NCBI GenBank assembly: GCA_002269645.1
Contig: NIVC01000975.1
Location: 124,001 to 188,000, forward strand
Source: Macrostomum lignano
Taxonomy: Eukaryota
Length of the DNA stretch: 64,000 nt
Direction: 5' to 3'
Within the stretch, counting starts at the first letter, position 1. Each line of letters starts with the position of its first letter. Positions 36,159 through 50,431 of this stretch are shown here, one piece after another. The translations under genes were made by a program, and so were the position numbers. Under the pieces are notes generated by a model that had not been told where the DNA came from, ran no database searches, and saw only the letters and a list, made by a program, of their open reading frames with translations.

Positions 36159-36843
36159 TCACACCTTCTTCCAAGTGGCCTTCGCCAAAATGCTTTTTCG
36201 CCGAAATGGTTAGCACCCCATATTAAGTTCAACAAAAGCTGCTGGCTAATTTAGACACAAGAACGCTTTTTTTATTATGAAGTAAATTTTAAAAGGCAAA
36301 AAAATTCTGTTCCGAAAGAAACATTTCCCTCACACGAAATCATTTTGTTATTCGTTATTTATTCGTTATATTATATTATCCTGAGCAGTCTTAAAGGGAT
36401 ACGCAAAATTTAAAACGCTAAACGCAGAATTATAGAAACAACGGGACGGGGATGACACTGCATGGGTTTGGTGTAGTGACGCAGGGTGAATCCTCGTAGC
36501 TCAGCTCGATAGTTTTGTCATCGGTGCACCATAGACTTTTAAAAACAACATACAGTCTCCAGTCTCCATAAAAATTGGCCAACCAAATTTCAAGCAAAGA
36601 ATGCATATGTAATTTGCATAACCTTTATAAAATGAATAAAAATTTTTCGCTTATTTGTCAATAAGGCGCAGCCATCGTCTTTATGTTTTAGAGATCAGAA
36701 AGTATTGTTCAGTTCTTTTAGATGTGTTTCAAACCCGTATTACAATTGACGATGTCTCCGACGCTATGCATTGCAGCTCAGGCAGTGACGGTCTTCGAGC
36801 ATCGGCATCTCAGCACGGATCGCAGCCCCACAGTTCCTCAGAG

Positions 36844-37749
36844 ATGCGCCGGGGCTCTGTCGCCTGCCCCTTTTGTCCCAGGCGGTTCTGCCGCACCCGA
36901 GCGGCAGTGGCGCAGTACTTGCGTCATGTGCGGTCACACGGAATGGGCTGCGACTCGGAGCCAGAGGAGGCGGCTGCGACCAACTCAGAAGCTGGCAGAG
37001 CGGCGGCGGTCGAGCAGGTCGCGTCTCGCAATGAGTCAGCGATGATTGCACGGCACCATCGAGCTCAGGGTGTCCAGAGACCGTTCCAGTGCGACACTTG
37101 CCAGAAGAAGTTCTCCCGAAAGAGCGAACTCAACGCTCACATTAGTGCAATGCACAGAAAGGCGAAACCGCACAAGTGCAAGCGGTGAGGGCAGTTTTTC
37201 TCAACGTCATCTCATCTTCACGTGCATATGCGGTCTCACACTGGTGAAAGGCCGTTTGAGTGCAAGGTGTGCGGCAAGAGATTCAGTCAAGGCAGCCATC
37301 TCACTTCGCATTCAAGGCTGCACACAGAAGAAAAGCCATTTGAGTGCAAGGTGTGCTGCAAGAGATTCAGTCAAGGCAGCCATCTCACTAAGCACTCAAG
37401 GATGCACACAGGAGAAAAGCCATTTGAGTGCAAGGTGTGCTGCAAGAGATTCATTCAAGGCAGCCATCTCACTGCACACTCCAGGGTGCACTCAGGAGAA
37501 AAGCCATTTGTGTGCAAGGTGTGCGGCAAGAGATTCAATGACAGCAACAGCTTCAGAAGGCACTCCAGGTTGCACACAGGAGAAAAGCCGTTTGAGTGCA
37601 AGGTGTGCGGCAAGAGATTCAGTCAACGCGACCATCTCAATACGCACTTTAGAGTGCACACCGGAGAAAAGCCATTCGAGTGCCAGGTGTGCTTTAAGAG
37701 ATTCAGTCGCCGTAGCAACCTCACTAGGCACTCCAGGGTGCATAAATAA
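36844..37749 (+). pseudogene. C2H2-ZF paralog 5, 8 fingers, single in-frame TGA at 37186-37188
   Basis: ATG at 36844. TGA replaces a finger Cys codon, and ORF 37222-37749 lies in the same frame. Confidence 0.85.
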
Positions 37750-38442
37750 ATAAAGTGATTTGATCAAGGTGTACGGGAAGAGCAGCAGTCGAAGCAGGCA
37801 TCTGAAATAGCACATTGTGTAGCGAAAATTCAACTTGGCGCTCCATGATTGCAGAAGTGGACCACCGGTCTTGATCTCCACTATGTGCTAAGCGTTTTTG
37901 ACCTCCTCGCAATCGTTTTGTCGTTTTGCGTTAATGATTTTTGTTGAATTCCCCTGAAGCAATGGCTGCGGAAGCAAATCAAATGACCAGTTAGTGGCAG
38001 CACACATTTGTCTCAATCAATTGCAGCACTGCAATTCACTTTGCTTCTTTACTAGTTTTAGTTTCTGCTCTTTCGAAATGTTTATAGTTTTTGTGCCAAA
38101 CTCATCAAATATTGACTCTTACAATACTCAGCACTGAAAACATACTCATAACTCATGGTTGAACTTATAAATCTTTGTTTTGTGTTATCAATCCTGTATA
38201 ATATTTAGCGGAAAAGTGTTATTTAAATGCTGAATTATTTCAGCTTTTAGAATGCATCTACGAGTGATAAGTAAAAATGACCCTTGGCAGTCAAATACAC
38301 AATACAGTTGACTTTGTCAGCCTTGCTTCGCTGTTCTTTTTCCAATTCACAGTTTGTCTTGATAATTTTAAGTTTATGGCCACCACACACCGCACTATGA
38401 TATAACTGTTGTAGAACAATTTTAGATGGATGGATGGATGCA

Positions 38443-38816
<374 letters not shown>

Positions 38817-38860
38817 AACTGACACACCGCTGCAATGAGTCTATATTGTCAACACACTTC

Positions 38861-41800
38861 ATGAAGTACACTTGGACCGAATTAGCAGGCGATTTCGATC
38901 GCCTATCGAGCCTGGTTGCGGAGCTCGAATCCCGTGACGCTTCGGATGGCAACGACATCGAAGATCTTGTTGATTTAACCGACGCTGAACCGGCCCAGCT
39001 GCTGCAGCATCTGGCTAGCGAGGATGGGCATCGAAGGCCTCAGGAGCTGCGCCTGGTGTTCGCTGTTGCCACCCACTGTCTGGCCGCTCTGGCCAGCAGA
39101 AGTGCCACAGCGAATCAGCGATGCCAGGCCCTCGTTGAATCGCTGGTTAATGATCATCTTGGCAGCGTCTACAGAGCGTTGGATCCCGCCAACAGTGCCG
39201 GGGTGGTCAAGTCGGCCCTGCGCTGTCTGGCAGCCATGGCTTCGTGCGATGCCAGCTCTGCCAGGACTTTGCTGCACTCCATCGATTTCGGTGCCAAGCG
39301 TTGGCAGACCCTGGCTAGGAGGCGGAATCCCGCTGACTCCCAGGACATCCGGCACTGCTGCGTTCAGCTGGGCGTGGCGTTCCTATTGGCTGGCGGTGAG
39401 AGCTGGACTCTGGGAAAAGGGGGCACTGGGAGTCTACAATGTCGCACGCATCATCTTGGCTTTTCCCATTCAAGGAACCCCAGCTTTAGGTCCCATCCTG
39501 CCATCCCGAATACCCATCCTAAAATCCTCAATACCCATCCTACAATCCCCAATACCCATCCTACAATCACCAATACCCATCATAAAATTCCCAATACCCA
39601 TCCTACAATCCCCCATACCCATCCTACAATCCCCCATACCCATCATACAATCACCAATACCCATCCTACAATCCCCCATACCCATCCTACAATCCCCCAT
39701 ACCCATCCTACAATCACCAATACCCATCCTACAATCCCCCATACCCATCCTACAATCCCCCATACCCATCCTACAATCCCCCATACCCATCCTACAATCC
39801 CCCATACCCATCATACAATCCCCAATACCCATCCTACAATCACCAATACCCATCATAAAATTCCCAATACCCATCCAACAATCCCCAATACCCATCCTAC
39901 AATCCCCAATACCCATCCTACAATCCCCAATACCCATCATACAATCCCCAATACCCATCCTACAATCCCCAATACCCATCCTACAATCCCCCATACCCAT
40001 CATACAATCCCCAATACCCATCCTACAATCACCAATACCCATCATAAAATTCCCAATACCCATCCTACAATTCCCAATACCCATCCTACAATCCCCAATA
40101 CCCATCCTACAATCCCCCATACCCATCCTAAAATCCCCAATACCCATTTAACAATCCCGAATACCCATCCTACAATTCCCAATACCCATCCTACAATCCC
40201 CAATACCCATCCTACAATCCCCAATACCCATCCTACAATCGCCAATACCCATCCTACAATCCCCAATACCCATCCTACAATCCCCAATACCCATCCTACA
40301 ATCCCGAATACCCATCCTACAATCCCCAATACCCATCCTACAATCGCCAATACCCATCCTACAATTCCCAATACCCATCCTACAATCCCCAATACCCATC
40401 CTACAATCCCGAATACCCATCCTACAATTCCCAATACCCATCCTACAATCGCCAATACCCATCCTACAATCCCCAATACCCATCCTACAATCCCCAATAC
40501 CCATCCTACAATCCCCAATACCCATCCTACAATCCCTAATATCCACCTACAGGCGGCTCCGGCGGTCCCATTGTCCGCGCTTTTCTCGACCGAGCCGCTG
40601 ACTTTGCCAGCCTCCTGCTGGACCGACTTGAGGCAGACAAGCCGTCAACTCTGCTGCTGCTGCTGCCGGCCCTGTCGGACAGGCTGATGTCGGCGGGCTG
40701 CGGGGTCAGCAAGACTCAGAAAGCCCGACTGTTTGGCCGCCGACAGCTCACCAGCCTGGCCAAGCTGTTGACTTACACGACTCCCACTGTGTCATCAGCG
40801 AGGCATCGAACTGCTGACGAGGAGGATCTTGCGATGCCGGTCGACGACGAAGACGATAGCGAAGGCCTTGGCGAGTCCGCGCTCGCCGTACGCGAGTCGG
40901 CGCACCGACTGCTGCGCCGGCTGGGCACGTCCCGACGCGACGGCATTCTGTTCCGGCGAGGCGAAAATCCCCTGCTGTGCCACCTGCTGCTCGGCTGTCT
41001 GGCGAGGAGGATCGTGTCGAATGGTCGGTGCCGACGGCTGGCCGCCGGAATTGCTCGAGGATGCCCGGAGCTGACGGCCCGCCTGACAACTGAGGTGCTG
41101 GCGCCGCTGCTGCCGCCTCGACCGACGCCCGGCTGGCTGGCCGCCGCTGACTGCCTCGCCGCCGTCTGGGGCGTCGACGATGGCGACGCTGGCGACGCAG
41201 AGGAGGACGGCGACGGCGAAGCGGCAAGAATAGCTCTGGCCGCCGTTGTCAAGGACGCCGCTCAGCTATTGTCGTCTGTTGATAAGGACGCCGCCGCAAC
41301 GTTATTGAAAGGTCTGCTGGTGCCGGCTGGCGGCGTGTTGGAGCACCTGGCCGCCGGTCTGGCGCTGCCGGACGGCGCCGATGGTGACGTCACCAAAGAC
41401 GCCCCCGCCACCGTCCGCTCTCGGTGTCGACGAATCCGACGAATTCTGGCGCGTCGGCTGGCCTTCGCCATGCGCGTCTGGCGTCGGGTAGCCGGCGGGG
41501 GCGACGGCGCCGGCGACGAAGATAAGTCGACAATTATTGTAGAGGTCGTGAGCTTGTTAGGCGATCCGCTCGGTCTGGTTGCCAAGGCAACGGAGCTAGC
41601 CGATGCAGGCTCCGGTCATAGTGACGAAGCTGAAGCTCTGGTAGCTAAGGCGATCGTCGGCGCGTCCAGCGACGGAGCAGCTGGCGGTGAAGCTTCCAAA
41701 GCATCGCTGACGTCCGTCAGAGTCGATCAAGGAGGTCCCGCCGCTGCGGACGAGGCCGACGAAGAGGAGAGAGTTGTCGAAGAGTTGCCGGCTTGCTCGT

Positions 41801-44178
41801 GTGACCTCGCCGACATTTCCGAGCGTCGGCAGGCGGCAGCGGCTCGGATAGCTGGCAGAGACGGACAGCCTGCCGTGCCTGTGTCGGTGGATTCGTGGCT
41901 TCGATTTTGTCGGAAGTCGCTGCAGATGGAACCAGCAGCTGTGGCTTGTCCCATTATCGACGCTGTCTGCATCGGAGCTGATGAAGATTCCGACGGCAAT
42001 GCAGCTGCCGCTGTCTTGAAACTGGCGCTGGACAATCCGGTTATTCGTCAAATTTTATTGCAAACAGAAGATTCCACCACCGAGTCTCACTCTCATGTTG
42101 CTAAGGCCTGTCCTCGCCTTCTCGACGCTGTTCTGACCATGCTGTGCCGTCTCGCCCTTCGAATGTCCTCGCCGACGCCTCCGCCAGCTGAACTGGCCAT
42201 CCGACTGGCTGGTCCGTTGATGCTACACTATGGCGCTAGCCTGTCTCGCCGAGATCAGCTCATTGTGTCCGTTGTGCACCGCCTGCGGCGCTCCCTGCCA
42301 GCCGACCTCAGCCAGTGCTGCTGGGCCGGCCGCCTGGCCGAATGTCGAAGATTTCAACCGGATTTGAGCAGTCGGCTGTTCGCCTGTCCGCCGCCGGCTG
42401 GCATTTTGGCACAGCTGGAGCCCAGGTGTGTGTTTTTGCTGCTGTTTTATGTACTGATCTGACTACTGATCGATTGGATTGTTAGTAGTATTATACTTAT
42501 TTGTCATTTTTTAGTCTATAACTTCTTCGCAGATTCAATTCATTAGAATCTCCCTGTGTCTCAGTCTGAGATTCTCTGAGTCCAATAGAATCGCACTGTG
42601 TGTCTCAGTCTGAGATTCCCTGGGCCCATTAGAATCTCACTGAGTCTCTCAGTCTGAGATTCTTTGAGTCCATTAGAAACTCAGTGTGTGTTTCAGCCTG
42701 AGATCCTGAGTCCATTAGAATCTCAGTGTGTGCTTCAGCCTGAGACTCCCTGAGTCCATTAGAATCTCACTGTGTCTCTCAGCCTGCGACTCCCTGAGTC
42801 CATTAGAATCTCACTGTGTCTCTCAGCCTGAGACTCCCTGAGTCCATTAGAATCTCACTGTGTCTCTCAGCCTGAGACTCCCTGAGTCTATTAGTTTCTC
42901 ACTGTGTCTCTCAGCCTGAGACTTCCTGAGTCCATTAAAATCTCACTGTGTCTCTCAGCCTGAGACTCCCTGAGTCCATTAGAATCTCACTGTGTCTCTC
43001 AGCCTGAGACTCCCTGAGTCCATTAGAATCTCACTGTGTCTCTCAGCCTGAGACTCCCTGAGTCTATTAGAATCTCACTGTGTCTCTCAGTCTGAGACTC
43101 CCTGAGTCCATTAGAATCTCAGTGTGTGCTTCAGCCTGAGATCCTGAGTCCAATAGAATCGCACTGCTTATGCTCAAAACCCGCCGCTCCCAGGCGCATT
43201 CTGTACACGGCTCTGCACTTTCCGCTGGACCGGCCCTGGCTGAGCCACCCAAAGCCGTTCGCCGAGCCATCCAAGCCGGGCCTGTACGACCCCTGCTGGC
43301 TGCTGCCTCTGCTGTGCCGCCTGTTGCCATCGGGTCTTGAAGCCAGTGCGGCTGTGCGGCACCACTGTCTGGCCCTGGCCATTGCGGCTCTGTCAAGCCA
43401 TTCAGAACGAGTCCGACTGCTAGCGCTAACCGTGCTGGCCAACCTGCACTCCGCCTGCTCCGGCCAACAAGCTCAACGATTCCCTGAACGGGATCAGACT
43501 CGCTACCTGATTGACGTGGTCCGGTGCACTTTGACATCGGCCACCCGACGCCTGCCTTACCTCATTGGTCTGTTCCTGGCCCGCTGCGCGGAGACAATGC
43601 TCCGACCGCAGCAGAGGATGTACAGCCTGCTGTGGAAATTCCTCACCGCCCGCTCCTCGGTGCAGCTGAACGCCGCTCCGGAGCTGTGGCGCTTCCTCAT
43701 GTCCGATCACGTTGATCATCGGGTCGAGCGTCAGTGGCTGTTGAACCTGTTCGCTCAGGGCGTGCGCGACCTAGAAGACTACAGGCTGCTGGAGAGAAGC
43801 TTCGCTGTCAAAACACTGCTGGCTGTCTATCCGGCATTGGATGGCACCGCCAAGTGTCTGACACTGCAGCTGCTGTGCCGACTGGCCAGCCTTCGACCTG
43901 CTGCTGTCAGTTTAGTGAACCGGCACCAGCTAACCGTCTGGCTGTCTTCTGTCACCTGCGGCCCTGCTGACTCGCGTCAGTTGGTTCTCTGCCGGCGATT
44001 GATCAATCTGCTGTGGAGCTGCTTGCTCGGCTTGCGGACTGCGGACAGCCTGCCGGAGCATTTCGTCAGCCAGATGCGCTGTCTGGTGTCGCTGCCTGCC
44101 TTCAGCGACTGTTTGGAGTTGAAGACTGTGCGAGATCAGGTTGGAGATTGGCCTGCTGTCTCTGCTGCTGATGCCTGA
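38861..44178 (+). CDS. URB1: Nucleolar pre-ribosomal-associated protein 1 (URB1/Npa1); join(38861..39395,40553..42425,43194..44178), ~1130 aa
   Basis: The GT-AG joins keep the frame (3393 nt). Npa1-like N-terminus: [40 protein letters not shown]. NopRA1-like C-terminus: [37 protein letters not shown]. Confidence 0.85.
39505..40540. repeat. 21-bp minisatellite (aatacccatcctacaatcccc) filling URB1 intron 1
   Basis: Read directly from the sequence; lies between the donor at 39396 and the acceptor at 40552. Confidence 0.97.
42530..43165. repeat. 44-bp minisatellite filling URB1 intron 2
   Basis: Unit gagtccattagaatctcactgtgtctctcagcctgagactccct. Confidence 0.95.
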
Positions 44179-44984
44179 CCTTAGTTGAGGCATAGCGCAT
44201 TTCGATTCCTAATGAAGCAAATATACAGCCAATGTGTTACTCACTTTGACTCTGTGGATAAATCAGTTAGAGATCGGGCTGGCTTACTTTTTGTTTTTTT
44301 TTTCTTTTTGGTTTTCTAGCCAAGGACTGAACATTCGTTCTCAATCCGGTGCAGCATTTGTAGATCTTTGCTAGTCAGCTCAGGCAGCACTTTGGTACTA
44401 AACGACGCATCCAAATTGTTAATCTCCAGAAAAGCGACTGCTCGATTCTCGGTTGACAAAAGCCAACTCGTCCGTGGAGAGTCCACATTTTCTCCGCCAG
44501 GGTTTTTGTAGCAAAACGGACATACGAGTACATGCAGCTCCTTTTTCTATTGGTAATTTAATTGATAGGCGAGATAGGCGAGTCGTCATCACTGTCCTTT
44601 CCAACTACCTTCGAAAGACTAACAGACTAACAGACTTCTATTTTTAACACTGCTAAGGTTCGACCTTCAGGGCATTTTCGCTGACTATCGCTTTGAATTG
44701 CGATGCGAATGCAAAGTGTTATTCTGGTTGGCTAGGCAGACTGAAATCCAATTAATTGCTAATTAGTTGGGCATTAGTTTTTAATATAATATAGCTGCTC
44801 AGACAAGATCTCTTGTACTCTCGTCGCCCCTTGTGCCTCGCAATTAATGGTGAGAAACTGACCCTGCATAATCTATATAACTAAATACTGAACTAATGCC
44901 ACATAACTGAATGAGAGTTTTTTGCGGAAGGGGTCCTTTCACGAGTACACTATCTAATTGCACTCGATTTCATAACTCTTAATC

Positions 44985-45510
44985 TTCAAATTTCCCGATC
45001 CTCATATCCCCAATCCTTATGTCCTCAATCTTTATATCCCAATCTTCATATCCCCAATCTTCATATATCCCCAGTCTTCATATCCCCAATCTTCAAATTC
45101 CCTAATCTTCAAATTCCCAAATCTTCATATCCCCAGTCTTCAAATCCCCAATCTTCATATCCCCAATCTTCATATCCCCAGTCTTCATATCCCCAATCTT
45201 CATATCCCCAATCTTCATATCCCCAATCTTCATATATCCCCAGTCTTTATATCCCAATCTTCAAATTCCCTAATCTTCAAATTCCCAAATCTTCATATCC
45301 CAATCTTCATATCCCCAATCTTCATCCTCAATCTTCATATCCCAATCTTCATATCCCCAATCTTCATATCCTCAATCTTCATATCCCCAATCTTCATATC
45401 CCAATCTTCATATCCCCAATCTTCATATCCTCCAATCTTCATCCTCAATCTTCATATCCCAATCTTCATATCCCCAATCTTCATATCCCAATCTTCGTTA
45501 TCCCCTATCT
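44985..45510. repeat. ~15-bp minisatellite (atcttcatatcccca)
   Basis: Read directly from the sequence. Confidence 0.95.
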
Positions 45511-47411
45511 TTATATCTTAACGAAAATTTGAAATTGGGGATATGAAGAATATTGATTATGAAGTCAAGCGACTTAAGGAATGGGATTTTTGCGGTTTGC
45601 CATCCAGGGGCCATGAACTCTGATTGCAGTTATGACAGGTATAACAAGACTGTTATACGGACAGCCATAGCAGTTACCTATTGTGCTCATTGCTCCCACA
45701 GTGCTCTACGCAACGCATTGGATAAATAGCAATGCCGCTCCGCTTTATGAGGAGGGAATGATGAGGGAGCAGCTGTATGACTTTGAGCCATTTTTGCAGT
45801 CTTTTATGGCGATAATAATGCTGCTACTGATGATGATGATTAAGTTTTTCATGGGATGATGCTGGGCCCTAGGGGACTCCCCGCTGAGCTGAGCTACTTT
45901 TCAGCACAGTGGCTCACAATGGACTGCTTTAAAAAGAGAGAGAGAAGTCTCTGTCCAACCCTTAGCTCCATCTGGTCTACAAAAAGAGCTCTGCATTGCT
46001 CACAACACAATTGCTTTTTGAGGCGCTTCAGGAAAATCTGCCTGACGACTGGAGGGTTAATTCAATCCAATCTTCCTTAATCCTCTGTTAATAACTAAAG
46101 CTCAGAAAAAGCAGCTCACATGGCCTCGTCTGAGCTGCTCGAATGCAGCAGTGCCAGCCAGCTGTGCGCATGCAAAAGTGAGTCTGTGTGCTCAATAACT
46201 TTTGTTTAAATTAAGCAATTATGTGAATTCGATATTTAGTCATTTAATTTGCCACCCGCTGCTGGGCAAACCAATTACTTTTCACAGGCACTTAACACAG
46301 CTTCAGCTATAAAATTATTAATAGTTAATTAATTAGCTAGCTAGCTTGGTTGGGATCATTTCTCTAGCACTTCTTCACAGAATCTCTGTCTGCAGTCGGC
46401 ATGAAATCAAATATTTGAGCAAGCCACGGGCTACGCAAGATAAGCCGTGTGTGCTCAGAGCCGACACAGTTTAAGCGGATCTGATTGTTTTCTAACACAG
46501 TTTTATGGTTTACAGCTAAAGCAGAGAACTATTGAGAAAATCTTGCTGGTGGTGATAGTACTTTTCAAAACCTTTTTTTCTCGATAGATATTGACGGGAA
46601 ATATGATGCATGGAATTATATCTGTACAAAAAATACACCCCAAGTTTCTTGAGTCTATACCTAGGCTCAAAAGTACGCGTTGGCAAATCTATAACCCCCC
46701 CCCACGGGCGTACTGATCCCCTTAGCTCTCCGTTTCATTCCCTATGTTTCTCTCTCCCGTCTTTTCTACCTCGTCTCCCGGCCTATAACCTGAGTCTCTT
46801 GTCTCGACCTACCAAACAACAGCCCCTCTGGCCTGCAGTCACCTTTCTCCTCTGACTATGCAGTATACACTGTTGTGTTGCTGTCAGCCAGACTCTTCCC
46901 CATCACTGTACCCCTCTCCCATTCCCTTTCCCCGCCGATGAGGTGTTGGGCGCGCAAGTCAATTGTTAACAGACCACGGCTAGCAAGGGCAGGCGTGAGG
47001 ATCTAAAGGATTTTAATCAGCTCGTAGCCGCAAACTCAAACATAGAATTCTTGCTAGCAGAAACTTCAAATTCCTTCATGCATACTGGCAGACTTTTCGG
47101 CAGAGGTAAGTACATCGAGTGAGTGCCCCAGTCTAGCCCAGACAGACAGTGCCAAGTCCGCAAAAGGTGTGCAAAATTCTCACACACACACACACACGCT
47201 GCCCCCGTGTCGACTCTAAGTCAACAAAGCTTCATGGTACTTGTAAAGCTTAGAACCTTATCGTGACAGCTCATTGGCTTATCTGCTCAAAAGCCGCTCT
47301 TCCTGCACACTTTTATTGGCTGTAGCAAATCTTCTTTAACTATACAAGAATGCGGCAGATTAATTCAGTTAATGCATTTTTAAATGCATTAAGCTCTGAC
47401 TCCGCGCTGAC

Positions 47412-49870
47412 ATGATGCCCTCAGCTGGTGCACCACACGGCAGATCGCTGTCCAGCTCCTCTGCGACCTCCTCAGCCTCCGATGAAGTTCCTCAGCAGAG
47501 ACCGGCTAGCGTTCACTACGTCAAGATTGACAGCTCAAGACAGCTCGAGTCGGATTTTGAGTTCGGCGAAACTCTTGGAGAAGGCGCCTTCGGCCAAGTG
47601 CTGCTGGCCGTCAGAAAGCGGGACGGCGAGCAGTTTGCGGTGAAAAAGGTTTGTGAGTCACATCTGAGCTGCATCTAGTCACTCTCTGACTGCTCTAGTC
47701 ACTCTGCCTGCTTTAGTCACTCTGGACACTCTCTGTCTGCTCTGGTCACTCTCTGACTGCTCTAGTCACTCTCTGACTGCTCTACTCACTCTCTGACTGC
47801 TCTAGTCACTCTCTGACTGCTCTAGTCACTCTCTGACTGCTCTAGTCACTCTCTGACTGCTCTAGTCACTCTCTGACTGCTCTAGTCACTCTCTGACTGC
47901 TCTAGTCACTCTCTGACTGCTCTAGTCACTCTCTGACTGCTCTAGTCACTCTGCCTGCTTTAGTCACTCTGGACACTCTCTGACCGCTCTAGTCACTCTC
48001 TGACTGCTCTAGTCACTCTCCTGACTGTTCTAGTCGCTTCTGACTGTTCTAGTAACTGCTCTAGTCACTCTCTGACTGCTCTAGTCACTCTCCTGACTGT
48101 TCTAGTCACTCTCTGATTGTTCTAGTCACTCTCTGATTGTTCTAGTCACTCTCTGACTGTTCTAGTCACTCTCTGACTGCTCTAGTCACTCTCCTGACTG
48201 CTCTAGTCACTCTCTGACTGCTCTAGTCACTCTGACTGCTCTAGTCACTCTCTGACTGCTCTAGTCACTCTTTGACTGCTCTAGTCACTCTCTGACTGCT
48301 CTAGTCACTCTCTGACTGCTCTAGTCACTCTCTGACTGCTCTAGTCACTCTCTGACTGCTCTAGTCACTCTGCCTGCTTTAGTCACTCTGGACACTCTCT
48401 GGCCGCTCTTAGTCACTCTCTGACTGCTCTAGTCACTCTCTGACTGCTCTAGTCACTCTCTGACTGCTCTAGTCACTCTCTGACTGCTCTAGTCACTCTC
48501 TGACTGCTCTAGTCACTCTCTGACTGCTCTAGTCACTCTCTGACTGCTCTAGTCACTCTCTGACTGCTCTAGTCACTCTTTGACTGCTCTAGTCACTCTC
48601 TGACTGCTCTAGTCACTCTCTGACTGCTCTAGTCACTCTCTGACTGCTCTAGTCACTCTCTGACTGCTCTAGTCACTCTCTGACTGCTCTAGTCACTCTC
48701 TGACTGCTCTAGTCACTCTCTGACTGCTCTAGTCACTCTTTGACTGCTCTAGTCACTCTCTGACTGCTCTAGTCACTCTCTGACTGCTCTAGTCACTCTC
48801 TGACTGCTCTAGTCACTCTGCCTGCTTTAGTCACTCTGGACACTCTCTGACCGCTCTAGTCACTCTCTGACTGCTCTAGTCACTCTCTGACTGCTCTAGT
48901 CACTCTCTGACTGCTCTAGTCACTCTCTGACTGCTCTAGTCACTCTGCCTGCTTTAGTCACTCTGGACACTCTCTGACCGCTCTAGTCACTCTCTGACTG
49001 CTCTAGTCACTCTCCTGACTGTTCTAGTCACTTCTGACTGTTCTAGTAACTGCTCTAGTCACTCTCTGACTGCTCTAGTCACTCTCCTGACTGTTCTAGT
49101 CACTCTCTGACTGTTCTAGTCACTCTTTGACTGTTCTAGTCACTCTCTGACTGCTCTAGTCACTCTCCTGACTGCTCTAGTCACTCTCTGACTGCTCTAG
49201 TCACTCTCTGACTGCTCTAGTCACTCTGACTGCTCTAGTCACTCTGGCTGCTCTAGTCACTGATTGATCTACTCACCCTTTGACTGACCCGCTCACATTC
49301 TCTGTAACCTACTCAAATTATTTTAAATCTACAGAATAAAATAATTTTAATCCGCTTTACAGCGTAAAGTTAATAGAAATGGAGCTTGAAACTTGAAATT
49401 ACAAACAGCAATCTAAAAAGTGCGTTTGGCTGACCCTAACTGAGCACAGCACCCCCAGCCCCATCTGTCAATCAACTGTTTTCGTGTATTTATTCACCAT
49501 AGAGAATAGCTAACACAGCTCAGCTCAAGATGAGGGGGCAGCTGGAGACAATGGACTGCTCTAATACAGACTGCTAGTGCATCAACTTCAGCGCTGTTGA
49601 AGTGCTCAGCTGAATCGTTTTCCAGCTTATAGTGGGTGGGTAGCCTTCAGACGCATTGCCTGACTGCTCATCTGCAGGTGCCAGTCACCTCTGAGTTGGC
49701 CCTGCCCTGCTCAAGTGAGAGAGCTTGAGTAATGGGAAAGCGGAGCTGCTGATAAAATTTTGACTTCTTTATCCTGAATCTAAAACTATATTGAGATGAC
49801 AGACAGACAGACACACGTAAACAGACAGACAGACAGACAGACAGGCAGAAAGACAGACAGACAGATAGGC

Positions 49871-49931
<61 letters not shown>

Positions 49932-50214
49932 GGCAGGCAGGCAGGCACGCAGACAGACAGGCAGACAGACACAGACAGACAGACAGACAGACAGGCAGGC
50001 AGGCACAGACAGACAGACAGACAGACAGACAGGCAGAAAGACAGACAGACAGATAGGCAGACAGACAGACAGGCAGACAGACAGACAGGCAGACAGACAG
50101 ACAGACTGACAGGCAGACAGACAGACAGATAGGCAGACAGACAGACAGGCAGACAGACAGACAGGCAGACAGACAGACAGACAGACACACAGACAGACAG
50201 ACAGACAGACAGGC

Positions 50215-50271
<57 letters not shown>

Positions 50272-50370
50272 GGCAGGCAGACAGACAGACAGATAGGCAG
50301 ACAGACAGACAGGCAGACAGACAGACAGGCAGACAGACAGACAGACAGATAGGCAGACAGACAGACAGGC

Positions 50371-50431
<61 letters not shown>

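Noticed and set aside
38846-40687. 613-aa ORF with PNTHPTI repeats
   Set aside because: It is URB1 exon 1 read through a 21-bp intronic minisatellite. The GT-AG splice restores the URB1 frame.
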